A DNA stretch of 63,959 nucleotides, filler included, from an uncultured bacterium (GTDB taxonomy: Bacteria; CAZSTA01): the NCBI GenBank assembly GCA_964609495.1. It is 5 parts of 5 records of this genome, joined end to end, with 100 filler letters (N's around TTAATTAATTAA, not from the genome) between each part and the next. Parts side by side here need not be neighbours in the genome. Positions count along the whole stretch, not along the records: positions 26,849 to 39,884 come from CAZSTA010000097.1; positions 39,985 to 52,972 come from CAZSTA010000098.1; 3 more parts are not named here. One strand, 5' to 3'. A program made the translations under genes and the position numbers. The notes below the pieces were generated by a model that saw only the letters and a program-made list of their open reading frames with translations, was not told the DNA's origin and did not search any database. This document shows, piece after piece, positions 38,828 to 48,907 of this stretch; within the stretch, counting starts at the first letter, position 1; each line of letters starts with the position of its first letter.

Positions 38828-39475
38828 CTACATTTCCTGATCTATCGTATCTGAATTTACGATAGCCGTGATAAGATAAGAAGCTATGATCAAAGCTTCG
38901 GCTTTAGCATCATCTGTTCCCTCCTTCGAGAAGTTCTGAATAGCGATTACAAGGTCTGATATGCGAGTTTGAATAAGAGCCAGATCGTTCTTTCTGATCG
39001 CTATATCTTGAAGGGAATAAATTTCCTCCTCTTCTTTCTCGGAAATCTCGCCCCGAATTACCTTAATATCCTTTTGTTCCTTCAAAATCTGATGTATTAC
39101 CTCTCCATTACCGTCTTTCCCAACTTCAAATAGGTTCTTCTCTATTACAATCGCTAGAAAGGCAGGTAATTCCTCCTTCGCTTCATTAACGAACTCCAGC
39201 ACTTCCTCATAAGACCACTCGAAGAACTTCCTCTCCTTAGCTAGTTCTTCATCGAACCAGAAGACGCGACCTCTGATCGGATATTCTTTCTTCTCCTTCG
39301 AGGAATCAGCTACTAGGATACAGATATTGTTTACCTCGAGGTCCTGGTAGATTCTCTCAAACTCCTCGAAGCTCTTAAAAAGCCACTCATGGTCGGTGGT
39401 GTCATCCTCATTGGCTATGAAGTCGATCCTCAGACTATACATCATAACTTCCTCTGTATAAGGCTTATCATTCAT
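38828..39475 (-). CDS. Hypothetical acidic protein
   Basis: 215-aa ORF with RBS GAGAGGAG; no motif recognised. Confidence 0.65.
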   Translation of the reverse strand: MNDKPYTEEVMMYSLRIDFIANEDDTTDHEWLFKSFEEFERIYQDLEVNNICILVADSSKEKKEYPIRGRVFWFDEELAKERKFFEWSYEEVLEFVNEAKEELPAFLAIVIEKNLFEVGKDGNGEVIHQILKEQKDIKVIRGEISEKEEEEIYSLQDIAIRKNDLALIQTRISDLVIAIQNFSKEGTDDAKAEALIIASYLITAIVNSDTIDQEM

Positions 39476-39815
39476 ATATCTACTCCTCTCTCTTCCTAAA
39501 TCCGCAGTAGAATATCATTAATGCTAGGAGGATAGGTAATAAATACTTCGGAAGATAGAATACTTATCGCTAATTTTATAATATCTTTAATTTACCTAGC
39601 GATTCATTGTTGATATTTTATAGTTGAATCTGGTGGTACTAATATTGTATTACAATTTTAGTAATATAGCAAGAGAAATCAACAAATTTTTTCTATAAGG
39701 GAGATATTCACCGCTAATCCTGATGATAATAGTTTAGGACTTGAAATATCTTTTTTTATATCTGGACTGATAGTTCAAAAGTTATGAAGGAGAAGGTATC
39801 TAAAGCGGTGAGGCG

Positions 39816-39884
39816 GAAGCATATAAAACCTGGGATCTAAGATCTAATTTACTTTGTATTACACCCTCCCCCTATCCCCCTCCC
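39816..39884. repeat. Left end of the MITE/REPIN-like element, cut by contig end
   Basis: GAAGCATATAAAACCTGGGATCT then CACCCTCCCCCTATCCCCCTCCC. Confidence 0.7.
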
Positions 39885-39984
39885 NNNNNNNNNNNNNNNN
39901 NNNNNNNNNNNNNNNNNNNNNNNNNNNNTTAATTAATTAANNNNNNNNNNNNNNNNNNNNNNNNNNNNNNNNNNNNNNNNNNNN
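39885..39984. other. Artificial contig linker
   Basis: N-run/TTAATTAATTAA/N-run. Confidence 0.98.
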
Positions 39985-40969
39985 TCCCTCCATATCCCTG
40001 TCCGAAATACCAGGTATTTGATAACTCAGGTGCTCCGATGGTGGTATGTCCTCCTCGCGGGAAGCCCCCACTCCAGTTCCAATACATTGGTTGCTCCGCT
40101 ACTATCGGGTCACTCGCCACTATCTTGGCACAGAAGGCATCCTCCAAGCCGGGCAGGAGATGAGCCGCGATCGTCTTTCGAGCATTGGGATTGATGGTCC
40201 CAGAGTCAGTTACTGTCCCTCCTCCCTCCTTGTAGAAGTAAGCATCGTAGGTCACTGCATAGGCGTGGGGATTAACCATCATCACATAAGTTTGCCAGCC
40301 ACTCCCTCCATAGCCCTGTCCGAAATACCAGGTTTCTGATAACTCAGGTGCTCCGATGGTAGTATGTCCTCCTTGGGGGAAGCCCCCACTCCAGTTCCAA
40401 TACATCGGTTGCTCCGCTACTATCGGGTCACTCGCCACTATCTTGGCACAGAAGGCATCTCCTAAGCCAGGGAGGAGATGAGCCGCTATCGTCTTCCGAG
40501 CATAGGGATTGATGGTCCCAGAGTCAGTTACTGTTCCTCCTCCCTCCTTGTAGAAGTAAGCAGTGTAGTTCACTGGATAGCTATGGGGATTAACCATCAT
40601 CACATAAGTTTGCCAGCCACTCCCTCCATATCCCTGTCCGAAATACCAGGTATTTGATAACTCAGGTGCTCCGATAGTGGTATGTCCTCCTTGGGGGAAG
40701 CCTCCACTCCAGTTCCAATAGATCGGTTGCTCCGCTACTATCGGCTCATCTGTCTCTATCTTGGCACAGAAGGCATCTTGCAAGCCCGGGAGGAGATGAG
40801 CGGCGATCGTCTTGCGAGCATTGGCATTGATAGTTCCCGAGTCAGTTACGGTTCCTCCTCCCTCCTTATAGAAGGTAGCGTCGTAGGCCACTGAGGAAGC
40901 ACTAGAGTTAGACATCATCACATAAGTTTGCCAGCCACTCCCTCCATATCCCTGTCCAAAATACCAAGT
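39985..40969 (-). repeat. 318-bp coding tandem repeat (3 full units plus start of a 4th)
   Basis: AAATACCA anchors at 40005, 40323, 40641, 40959. Confidence 0.9.
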
Positions 40970-43198
40970 ATAAGGATTAACTATGAAGGAGCCTGACCCA
41001 GAGAAGGACTCTCCATAGGAATAGCTATAAACGAGCACGTTCACAGGGTGAGGCCCAGGGGAAGTAGCTCTGAGGGTCCAGGTAGCAATTTTATTCGCTC
41101 CATTGTTGATAGTCCCCAGATTCTGAGGATGGGAGCCAGAAATGAGGCTTACTCCGGCAGGAAGAGATAGAGAAACGTAGACACTATGGGCTGGCAAATC
41201 TCCAGTGTTATTCACCGTGACTTGAGCAATGAAGTCTTCGTCCACTGAGGCACTGTAGTTAGTTGTCGTCAAGCTGAAAGACGGCCCATCGACGCGGGAG
41301 AAGTTCTCCTCCGTTGCTAAAGCGAAATATTCATTGGTTATGCCATCAGGGAAATAACCAGCCGCGTAAACCTTGAGGACCACATAAGTGAAGCTCGAAG
41401 CTTTTACCTGCTCTACATTATCTACCGTGGAAGTCGAACTATCGAGAGATGATCCATCAGATCGTTTGTACATTCGGAGATTCAAATTGCTGAGCGAGGA
41501 GTAAGTAGTAGGATAATCGTCATCATTGTAGTCTACGTGCCTCTCCCAGACTAAGGTCGCGGTATCTCCTGAATAGACAAGCCCCCTATACAGCTCATAG
41601 TCTCCAGGAGTCAAAAACTCGGTAACTGAATCATAAAAAAAGTCATTTCTGTGGTAGTAAGCATGATTGAGATCGACATATCCCCAACCATACGCATTAT
41701 CCCAATCAGCACTTCCTTTATCCTCTGCGGTATTCAGCAAGACAGCTTTTTGCGCATAGGTATAGGAAATCCCATAATCACGGAGTATCACTACTGCCCC
41801 AGCTATATGCGGAGCAGCCATACTAGTTCCGCTTTTATTGATAAAATCATCTTCACCTTCGTCCCACTCGCTATTACAGGACTTTACTATGATTCCAGGG
41901 GCAGCTATATCTGGCTTCTTCCTCCCACTCACAGGTACTGGTCCTCTACTACTATTAGCAGCTATAGTATCATCGGCTCTAGCAGGATTGATATCGGTGG
42001 CATCACCATTATCTTCAACATTTCCTACGCTGTAGACGTTATAGGCTATGCTGGGGCTCGAGATATTCTCTGATGTCCCATCGTTCCCGGCTGAGATAGT
42101 CACTGGAATATTCATGTCCATCACCACTCCATCCCAGAAGCGACAATAATCATTATCGTCGCTGGAGGATGGACTTCCATAGCTTAAGTTTATCACATCG
42201 GCATGATCTTTCATAGCGCCAGCTATCGCCCAATCCGCAGCCGCCATCCCATCGGACTGATTCATAGAGCATGTTCCTCTGGGGTTCCCATCCGTATCAT
42301 AACCTGCTTTGCCGTTGATGAGCTTATCCACACTAGCTACCCCTCTATAAGTGCCATCTGTGCTCGTCACTATGCCTCCGATATGGGTTCCATGGCCATT
42401 CACATCATCTATAGTGTTATCCCACGCTGGATTGCCTGCCCCATCTAGGAACACTTGCTGATAAGATATCTTGCTGGATAGCGCTGGGTGACTATCATCG
42501 ATGCCGGTGTCTAGCACCGCTACATCATAAGGAGAGCCTTCATAACCACTGTCCCTCCAGCTATCGGCCTCTATAGCATAGAAGCTATGATCTAGGTGTC
42601 CTTCCATCACTTCATCTGGATATATATAGCCAACTTCAGGACGATTTGCCACCTCCTGAAGCTTATCGCTAGGAAGCACTCCAGTTATCACATTAACTAT
42701 CCTCAGCTTGTAGTTCACCTTTCCTCCCACCGACTCAATATAGCTTGCCAAAGTGTCCTGCTCACCCCTCATCAGAACTTCGGCACTATCCACTATCTCC
42801 ATCCTCATATCCTCTAACTCTCTCTCCAATTGAAGTTGTAAAGCTCTGATCTGCTCTCTCACCTCAGGAGTTATGGATTTCAAAGAACGATAAGCCAATT
42901 CTCTTTCCTCATCGGTGCTTTCTACCCCTCCCTTGGGTATCTCTGGAGCGGGATAAAGTGATCGTATCTGTTCCTCCAATTTCTCTATCCGAGGTCTGTA
43001 ATCGGCTTTCACCCTCTCCCCTATCTCAGGCACAGGCTGAGTCTTAAGGTAGATTATCACACTCACCTCGGGAGATGTTTGAGCCTCCTCCAATAGCTTG
43101 GGAGAGATCTTATCAGATATCGCATTTGCAGTCGCTCCCCAAGCTAAGGAGGACATAACTATGAGAAAGATTATAAGGTAGAATTTATACTTTCTCAA
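39985..43198 (-). CDS. Secreted S8 subtilase with Ig-like domain and C-terminal 106-aa repeats, truncated by contig end
   Basis: Signal peptide; VAVLDTG, HGTH, GTSMAAPHIAG triad; repeats TWYFGQGYGG...GGHTTIG. Confidence 0.92.
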
Positions 43199-43425
43199 CT
43201 TACCTCACCTCGATTTTTTCGGTTATGCAAAGCTATTAAGTCTATACTTCATATAAGCTCTGCATAACCAAATAATACATCTACTATTAATAAGAATTTT
43301 TGCAGAATTTGTTACACATATTCTCCTCTATCCCGAGATCCGCTTGGAAACTAAGTTTTCAGTTTAGCATCTTCAAAAAATGCGAAACTATAGAACATCC
43401 ATAAACTTTACCCTCTATAACAGAA

Positions 43426-43455
43426 TCGGCATCGAGCCTCACGACCCGATGCCGC
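43426..43455 (-). terminator. Hairpin downstream of the GH38 gene
   Basis: CGGCATCG-N-CGATGCCG. Confidence 0.45.
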
Positions 43456-43486
43456 TAATATTTTTTCAATAGATTGTCAACAGAAC

Positions 43487-46400
43487 TTATTCTTCAGGAG
43501 GAATAGTAAGATCCGGAACAGCTTTATATTCCGCATAGCCATTATAAACGACTTTAGCCACGGCCCAGAAGGATTTATTGGATATATCCCCTGCTCCCTT
43601 CCTCTCAAAGATATATTCCTTCTTCTCTCCACTTGATAGCTTCATCGCATAGCCTCTCGGTCCTATCTCTCCTAATGAGTATTCTCCTATCTCCTTCTTG
43701 CTCCACATCTCATGAGGCGTAGCTAAGAAAACCTCCCCTGTTATCTCATCTTCATTAGGATTGCTCACCTCTACTATTATCTTCTCCCCTTCATTCCTCA
43801 CTTCCCATTCCAGCTCGCTCTTCCTCCCTACCTCTATCACATCCTCATATATCTGGCCTTCATGCTTTATCCTCGCTTTTATCAAACCCTTCCTCTCCTT
43901 CTTCTCTGGCATCCAACCAGATACTCTAGTAGTGAAGGCTATAAGTATATCCTTCGTTATGCTCTCATAAGGTTCAAGGACATATTCCACCTTAGAGGGA
44001 ACTGCTTTCCAATCCTCAGGAGTTATTATCTCTACTTCCCCTACTATTCTTCTATCGGTGTAGTTATTAGCCACTCCTACTTTTATGGTGTTGACGGTTA
44101 CTCCTCCCTGTCTGATATGGACATCAGTAGCTAACTCTCCTTTGAGGGAGATAGCAACAGGGCTGTATCCGATAGGCCCAGCTCCTAAATTGTGCCTCCA
44201 ATGTTTGAAGTAAACGGGCTGAGATATCTCCTCCTCTCTCCCTAAAGTAGCAGAAGGCAACTTCTCAGCCAAGATATGAGGATCTAACTCGTAGGTTTCA
44301 ATACTGAAGGGAGTAGCGGTAATATTGATAGTGTCTCTGTCAACAGCTAGATAACCATCTCTCTCCTCAAGGAGGTTAGTAGTATGAGCTTGGGCTAAAG
44401 GGGTGAAGAATTGGATAGAAGAAGAGGTCTTCTCTCCTTTCGCCTCATAAAGCCTAATTATCATTCCCTCGGAAGAATGGACACATTTAGAGGAGAAGGA
44501 AGCGGTAGGATTACCTTTGGGCTTGAGAGCGGTTACGATTAAGTTATCAGCTCCTACCTTCAGGAAGGATAAGGATGTTGGTAGAATACCTTTATGAAGA
44601 GAGAGTTGTTTGGAGATAAGGGGGTTGTTGACCTCGAAGCCTACTTGATAGGTCTTAGCCTCTCTCCAGGAACTTTGATGAGGATATAGGGAATATAGGA
44701 ATTGATGGGTCTTCCACTCCGGGACGAAGAAGAAGGGCAATCTATCCTTTCCCCAAGGGGTGCCTCCCCAAGCGGCAGTATGCATTAGGAAGAGGACGAG
44801 AGTGTTGTTGAACTCAACGGAGTTAAGGACATTTCCCCTGTTTATCAGAGCTAGGCCGTAGTCATCGGTCTGAGTATCTATCCCCGTCGGGTTAGCGGAA
44901 GCGGGAAGCTCTATATCTCCAGTCTCCTCTAACCCCTTAATTAGCGTAGCTACTGCGGATTTGAGATAGCAGGTATCCTTAGCGGAGATAAGGAGGACCG
45001 GAATGGGCTGCCATCCCTCAGGAAGATCGGAATCGAGCAGGAGGAGATAAGCATATCCCTTCTCATCTATTTCCCTCTGATAAGCCTTCTTCTGCTCCTC
45101 AGTCAAGGTATCGATCATCTTCTTGGAGTAGGAGTTATCTTGAGCGACATCGAGGGAGATTCGCATCGCAGTGCCCCAGGGTAGATCTTCGTTGAGGTTT
45201 TCCTTGGGCATAGTAGAGTCTTCAAGGGTCAGATTCTTTCTTCTTTCCCTATCTAGGTCATCGAAGAAGGGGGTGGAAGGGATACCTTTCTTGATAAGAG
45301 CGGATTGCAGAAGATAAGCGGTATCAAGGACCTCTTGACAATGAGAGGTAACGAGTCCTAATGAACCCATCGCAAGAGATACTTCTTTCCTCCCTTCACA
45401 CCTGATTAGCGCATTATAGTTCAAATCCACCCATTGATAGGCTCTCCTCGCTCCACAATCGGAGTAGTTGCTCCATTGATGGGTCCTATAATCCAAGGCG
45501 GATTTACCCTTACGCTTAGTGGTTACCCCGAATCTCTCCTCATAGACGGGATTCAATCCTTGCAGGGTAGAGGGGAAGGTGACCACAAAGAGATCATGTT
45601 CTCCCTCGTAATTCTCCAGCCTGGTCGCAAAATCTATCCTCTTTATCCCCTTATAAAGAATTATCTCTTGATATTTTCCGCAATCCTTCATCTTCCCTCT
45701 GATGAGAAGTTTAGTCGCTATTTTCCCCTTCTCTATCTCCGCCTCCGCCTCATATTCCCTGCCGAATACCTTTCCTCCAGTGGTAAACACCTCCCAAGCT
45801 GGCTCATGACGGGCGGGATCCTCAGTAAGAGCGACTAACTCATTGCCATAGCCATTATCCTTATCTATCAATTCCTTCCTATTCTTCCGATCGTATAAGC
45901 GGACTATTCCCCCTCCCGCCTTCTCATCTACCTCTATGGTGTAATATTCGTTCTCTATCTTAACTCCCTTTCTCCTCTTCGCCTCTTCTATCTTCCCCTC
46001 TGCTGGTATCACATAATACACCTTATAGCCTAGGGATGGCACTCCCTCAGCTATCATCAGGAAGCCTGCCTTCTTTATCTTACCCTTCTCATCCTCCTCC
46101 ACGCATTCCACCTGGTATTCTATCTCCTTACCTTCCTCATCTATCACCTTGAAATTGTCTATACCCTCCTCAAACTCTACCTCTACCTTGACTACATCTT
46201 TTCTCTCCCAGTTCAGGGGATTATATACACTTATCGGTATCGCCTTATCGCTAGGGGTCTTATCCTCGGTATCTATCGCCTTCCCTAGATATCCTAGCGC
46301 GTTATCTAATACCTCTCCTCCTAATTCCAACGCCTCTCTATATCCCAGCATCAAGTCCAGATATGATCTATCACAACTTGGTCCGGTTATCGCATCGTGA

Positions 46401-47389
46401 TGCTGATTGAAGAGGAGATGCCTCCAAGCCTTATCCAAGGCTTTATCTGGATACTTCGCTCCTAAGAAGTTGGCTATGGTGGAGAATTTCTCGGCACTCA
46501 GGAGGATATTCTCCCCTCTGATGTTGCTTATCTTCAAGCCTATCCTCGATAATCCGGTCCCCTGGTGATGCCATTCATAATCTCTAGCTGTGACTGGAAG
46601 CTTGAGATCCTTCTCCTTTATTTCCTCTTCGACCGCTCGGAAGAATTTTCTATGGGCTGTTCCACTTACCACGATGCTGGGAGTCCCTTCTCTTAATCTC
46701 TTGGACTCTCCGGCCATCCAAGCAGTGGGGGGCTTGAAATCCACACAATCTAAGCGAATATCCACCGAAAGCCCGAGGGATTTCATCTCCTCATATCTCT
46801 CCTCCATCTCTGGGAGAAATTCCTCTTGGTTCCAAGCGTGTAAGCCATAAGATTCCCTTCTAAAAAGTAGCTTAGTGCCATCCAACGCTTGGTGGAAGAA
46901 GATAGGATTGGTCCCTCGGATATCTTTTGACCAGATGCAAGCTCTGAAGCGGGCTTTGGAGAGTATCTGAGCTAACTGAGCGCAGTGTCCAAAAACATCC
47001 CAGCACATATATACCTCAGGCTTATCCTTCGCGATTCCCTCGTGGAATAACCTTCCATAAAGGATATTTCTCACCAATCCTTCTGGTCCGATAACTGCCT
47101 CGGTCGGTTGACTGTGAGAGCCACCAGTTCCAACCCTTCCCTCTCTGACCAATTCTCGTAGGTAATCTCGATCCTCCAGCTCAGTATCGAGGTATGGCTT
47201 CATATAGGTTAGCTCGTGTAGATATACCCCATAATATGGATCTACCCGGCAGATTTGGAGATTCTGACTCATATCTCCCATCAGGACAACCGCATAATCA
47301 CGCTGATCTTCAAGCCATACCACATCTGAATGGAACCCGGGTGTTAAGTATATAATTGCCTCTCTAACATCCTTACGCCGCTCGGCCAT
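43487..47389 (-). CDS. Large GH38 (alpha-mannosidase-like) glycoside hydrolase
   Basis: FHSDVVW, DVFGH, NQHHDAITG, VYNPLNWER, IRLYEA. Confidence 0.85.
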   Translation of the reverse strand: MAERRKDVREAIIYLTPGFHSDVVWLEDQRDYAVVLMGDMSQNLQICRVDPYYGVYLHELTYMKPYLDTELEDRDYLRELVREGRVGTGGSHSQPTEAVIGPEGLVRNILYGRLFHEGIAKDKPEVYMCWDVFGHCAQLAQILSKARFRACIWSKDIRGTNPIFFHQALDGTKLLFRRESYGLHAWNQEEFLPEMEERYEEMKSLGLSVDIRLDCVDFKPPTAWMAGESKRLREGTPSIVVSGTAHRKFFRAVEEEIKEKDLKLPVTARDYEWHHQGTGLSRIGLKISNIRGENILLSAEKFSTIANFLGAKYPDKALDKAWRHLLFNQHHDAITGPSCDRSYLDLMLGYREALELGGEVLDNALGYLGKAIDTEDKTPSDKAIPISVYNPLNWERKDVVKVEVEFEEGIDNFKVIDEEGKEIEYQVECVEEDEKGKIKKAGFLMIAEGVPSLGYKVYYVIPAEGKIEEAKRRKGVKIENEYYTIEVDEKAGGGIVRLYDRKNRKELIDKDNGYGNELVALTEDPARHEPAWEVFTTGGKVFGREYEAEAEIEKGKIATKLLIRGKMKDCGKYQEIILYKGIKRIDFATRLENYEGEHDLFVVTFPSTLQGLNPVYEERFGVTTKRKGKSALDYRTHQWSNYSDCGARRAYQWVDLNYNALIRCEGRKEVSLAMGSLGLVTSHCQEVLDTAYLLQSALIKKGIPSTPFFDDLDRERRKNLTLEDSTMPKENLNEDLPWGTAMRISLDVAQDNSYSKKMIDTLTEEQKKAYQREIDEKGYAYLLLLDSDLPEGWQPIPVLLISAKDTCYLKSAVATLIKGLEETGDIELPASANPTGIDTQTDDYGLALINRGNVLNSVEFNNTLVLFLMHTAAWGGTPWGKDRLPFFFVPEWKTHQFLYSLYPHQSSWREAKTYQVGFEVNNPLISKQLSLHKGILPTSLSFLKVGADNLIVTALKPKGNPTASFSSKCVHSSEGMIIRLYEAKGEKTSSSIQFFTPLAQAHTTNLLEERDGYLAVDRDTINITATPFSIETYELDPHILAEKLPSATLGREEEISQPVYFKHWRHNLGAGPIGYSPVAISLKGELATDVHIRQGGVTVNTIKVGVANNYTDRRIVGEVEIITPEDWKAVPSKVEYVLEPYESITKDILIAFTTRVSGWMPEKKERKGLIKARIKHEGQIYEDVIEVGRKSELEWEVRNEGEKIIVEVSNPNEDEITGEVFLATPHEMWSKKEIGEYSLGEIGPRGYAMKLSSGEKKEYIFERKGAGDISNKSFWAVAKVVYNGYAEYKAVPDLTIPPEE

Positions 47390-47459
47390 CTCATTACCAA
47401 CTCCTTTACGATTTTAAATTTGCCTCTTTCCGATTTCCCCGATTATCCTCACAAATCAA

Positions 47460-48554
47460 TTAGAACTCAGGAGGTATGGGCGCTATCTCCCCAGTTTCGC
47501 TATCATAATCATATCCTGCGTAGTATTGAAGCTTAACGGGTTTAGTTAATTGAGCCTCTAGGGTAGCTTTATCAGGGGGATAGCTATTATGCTCTACAGC
47601 ATACAATTCTACAGCCCCTCTCATAGCCCTTATAGTCTCATCATCGGCTATTTTCTTAGCCTTATCTAATACTCTAATTGGAGCAAATTCTGATCTCGAC
47701 TTAAATTCTATCTTCTCCGCAGGGCCTCTGAGGAATTGTTTAGCTATCTCCTTCTCCTCCTCTACTTTATTCAATAGCTCCTCGGCACCTTGATGCTCTG
47801 GATCTCTTTCGAGAGCTTTATTAATCCAGACCTCAGCCTCCCTAAGATATCCCAATTCAGATTTCTTTCCGTCCTTCCTCTTCAGCCAGACAGTTACCGC
47901 CCATAGATAATACGGTTCTGGACTAGAGTTCTCCTTTATAGTGGCTCGGCGAAAGTCACCCTCCGCCTTGTCGAACTCTCCTTTAGCGAGAAGATCTAAT
48001 CCTTCGCTGTAAATAGTGAGAATATCGGAGGGAAGATTCTTACCTTTTATCTTAGCCTCCAAGATGAATTCCTCACTCTGGTAGTTTACCTCTTCGACCT
48101 TCACCGCTTCTTCCTCTATCTTCTTAACAACTACCGGCTCAATTCTGGATAATAGCTCTAAAACCTCTTTATTAATTGGATCTAGCTCTAAAGCTTTCTT
48201 CAGAAGTTCCTTAGCCTTAGCCACGTAATATTCCTTCCCTCTAGGATCCATTGCGGTATCCCTTCTCAGCCAGTAGGTTATAGCCCCTAAATAACATGCG
48301 GGAGCGAAATCTTTATTCTCCTCTACCACCAAGTTGAATTTAATAGCGGATTCGATAAAGTTTCCCTCAGCTAGATATTTAAGACCTAATTGGTATAGCT
48401 CTGCTGATGAGGGAGAGAGTGAGTCAGCCTTAGTACTCTCCTTATAGATAAAGGTGTAACTTCTATACAACTCGTCATCTTCTTGCCCAAGGGTAGTCGC
48501 ATTAAGGATGAACAGGATAACTAGAGTGACTATCAAATATTTTAATATTTTCAT
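47460..48554 (-). CDS. Exported TPR-repeat protein
   Basis: Signal peptide; two related TPR blocks (KALELDP, KALERDP); short GspG-like tail. Confidence 0.7.
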   Translation of the reverse strand: MKILKYLIVTLVILFILNATTLGQEDDELYRSYTFIYKESTKADSLSPSSAELYQLGLKYLAEGNFIESAIKFNLVVEENKDFAPACYLGAITYWLRRDTAMDPRGKEYYVAKAKELLKKALELDPINKEVLELLSRIEPVVVKKIEEEAVKVEEVNYQSEEFILEAKIKGKNLPSDILTIYSEGLDLLAKGEFDKAEGDFRRATIKENSSPEPYYLWAVTVWLKRKDGKKSELGYLREAEVWINKALERDPEHQGAEELLNKVEEEKEIAKQFLRGPAEKIEFKSRSEFAPIRVLDKAKKIADDETIRAMRGAVELYAVEHNSYPPDKATLEAQLTKPVKLQYYAGYDYDSETGEIAPIPPEF

Positions 48555-48722
48555 AAAACCTCCTCCCTTAATTTATATTTTTATATTCATAGCATCGAAC
48601 AATTTTTTCTGATACGATTATACTATAGTTGAATAGGGAAGTCAAGGCAAAACCGAACATAAAAGACCTCTTGCCAAATCTAAGTTAAAATTGTTCGATC
48701 TAAATAGTAATGAAAAGGATGA

Positions 48723-48896
48723 ACTATCGATCTTCTCGGGATAGCTATTCAACCCGAGGATGAGATGAGGATAGTCGAGAGGTTGAGAAGTTCTATAGAG
48801 GAAGGAAGCTTCTTGAAGGAAGGAGAGGATGGAGTCCTGATAACCGAGGATACCGCCAAGCAGATAGAGGCTGAACTGAAAGATAAACTGATCTAA
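48723..48896 (+). pseudogene. Startless fragment resembling a MacB/LolC-type periplasmic domain
   Basis: GIAIQPEDEMRIVERLRSSIEEGSFLKEGEDGVLITEDTAKQI; host-like codon usage; preceded by a stop. Confidence 0.4.
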
Positions 48897-48907
48897 TCCG
48901 ACTAAAT

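Noticed and set aside
39985-40969. Regular repeats as a CRISPR array
   Set aside because: In-frame 318-bp coding repeats without unique spacers; no cas genes seen.
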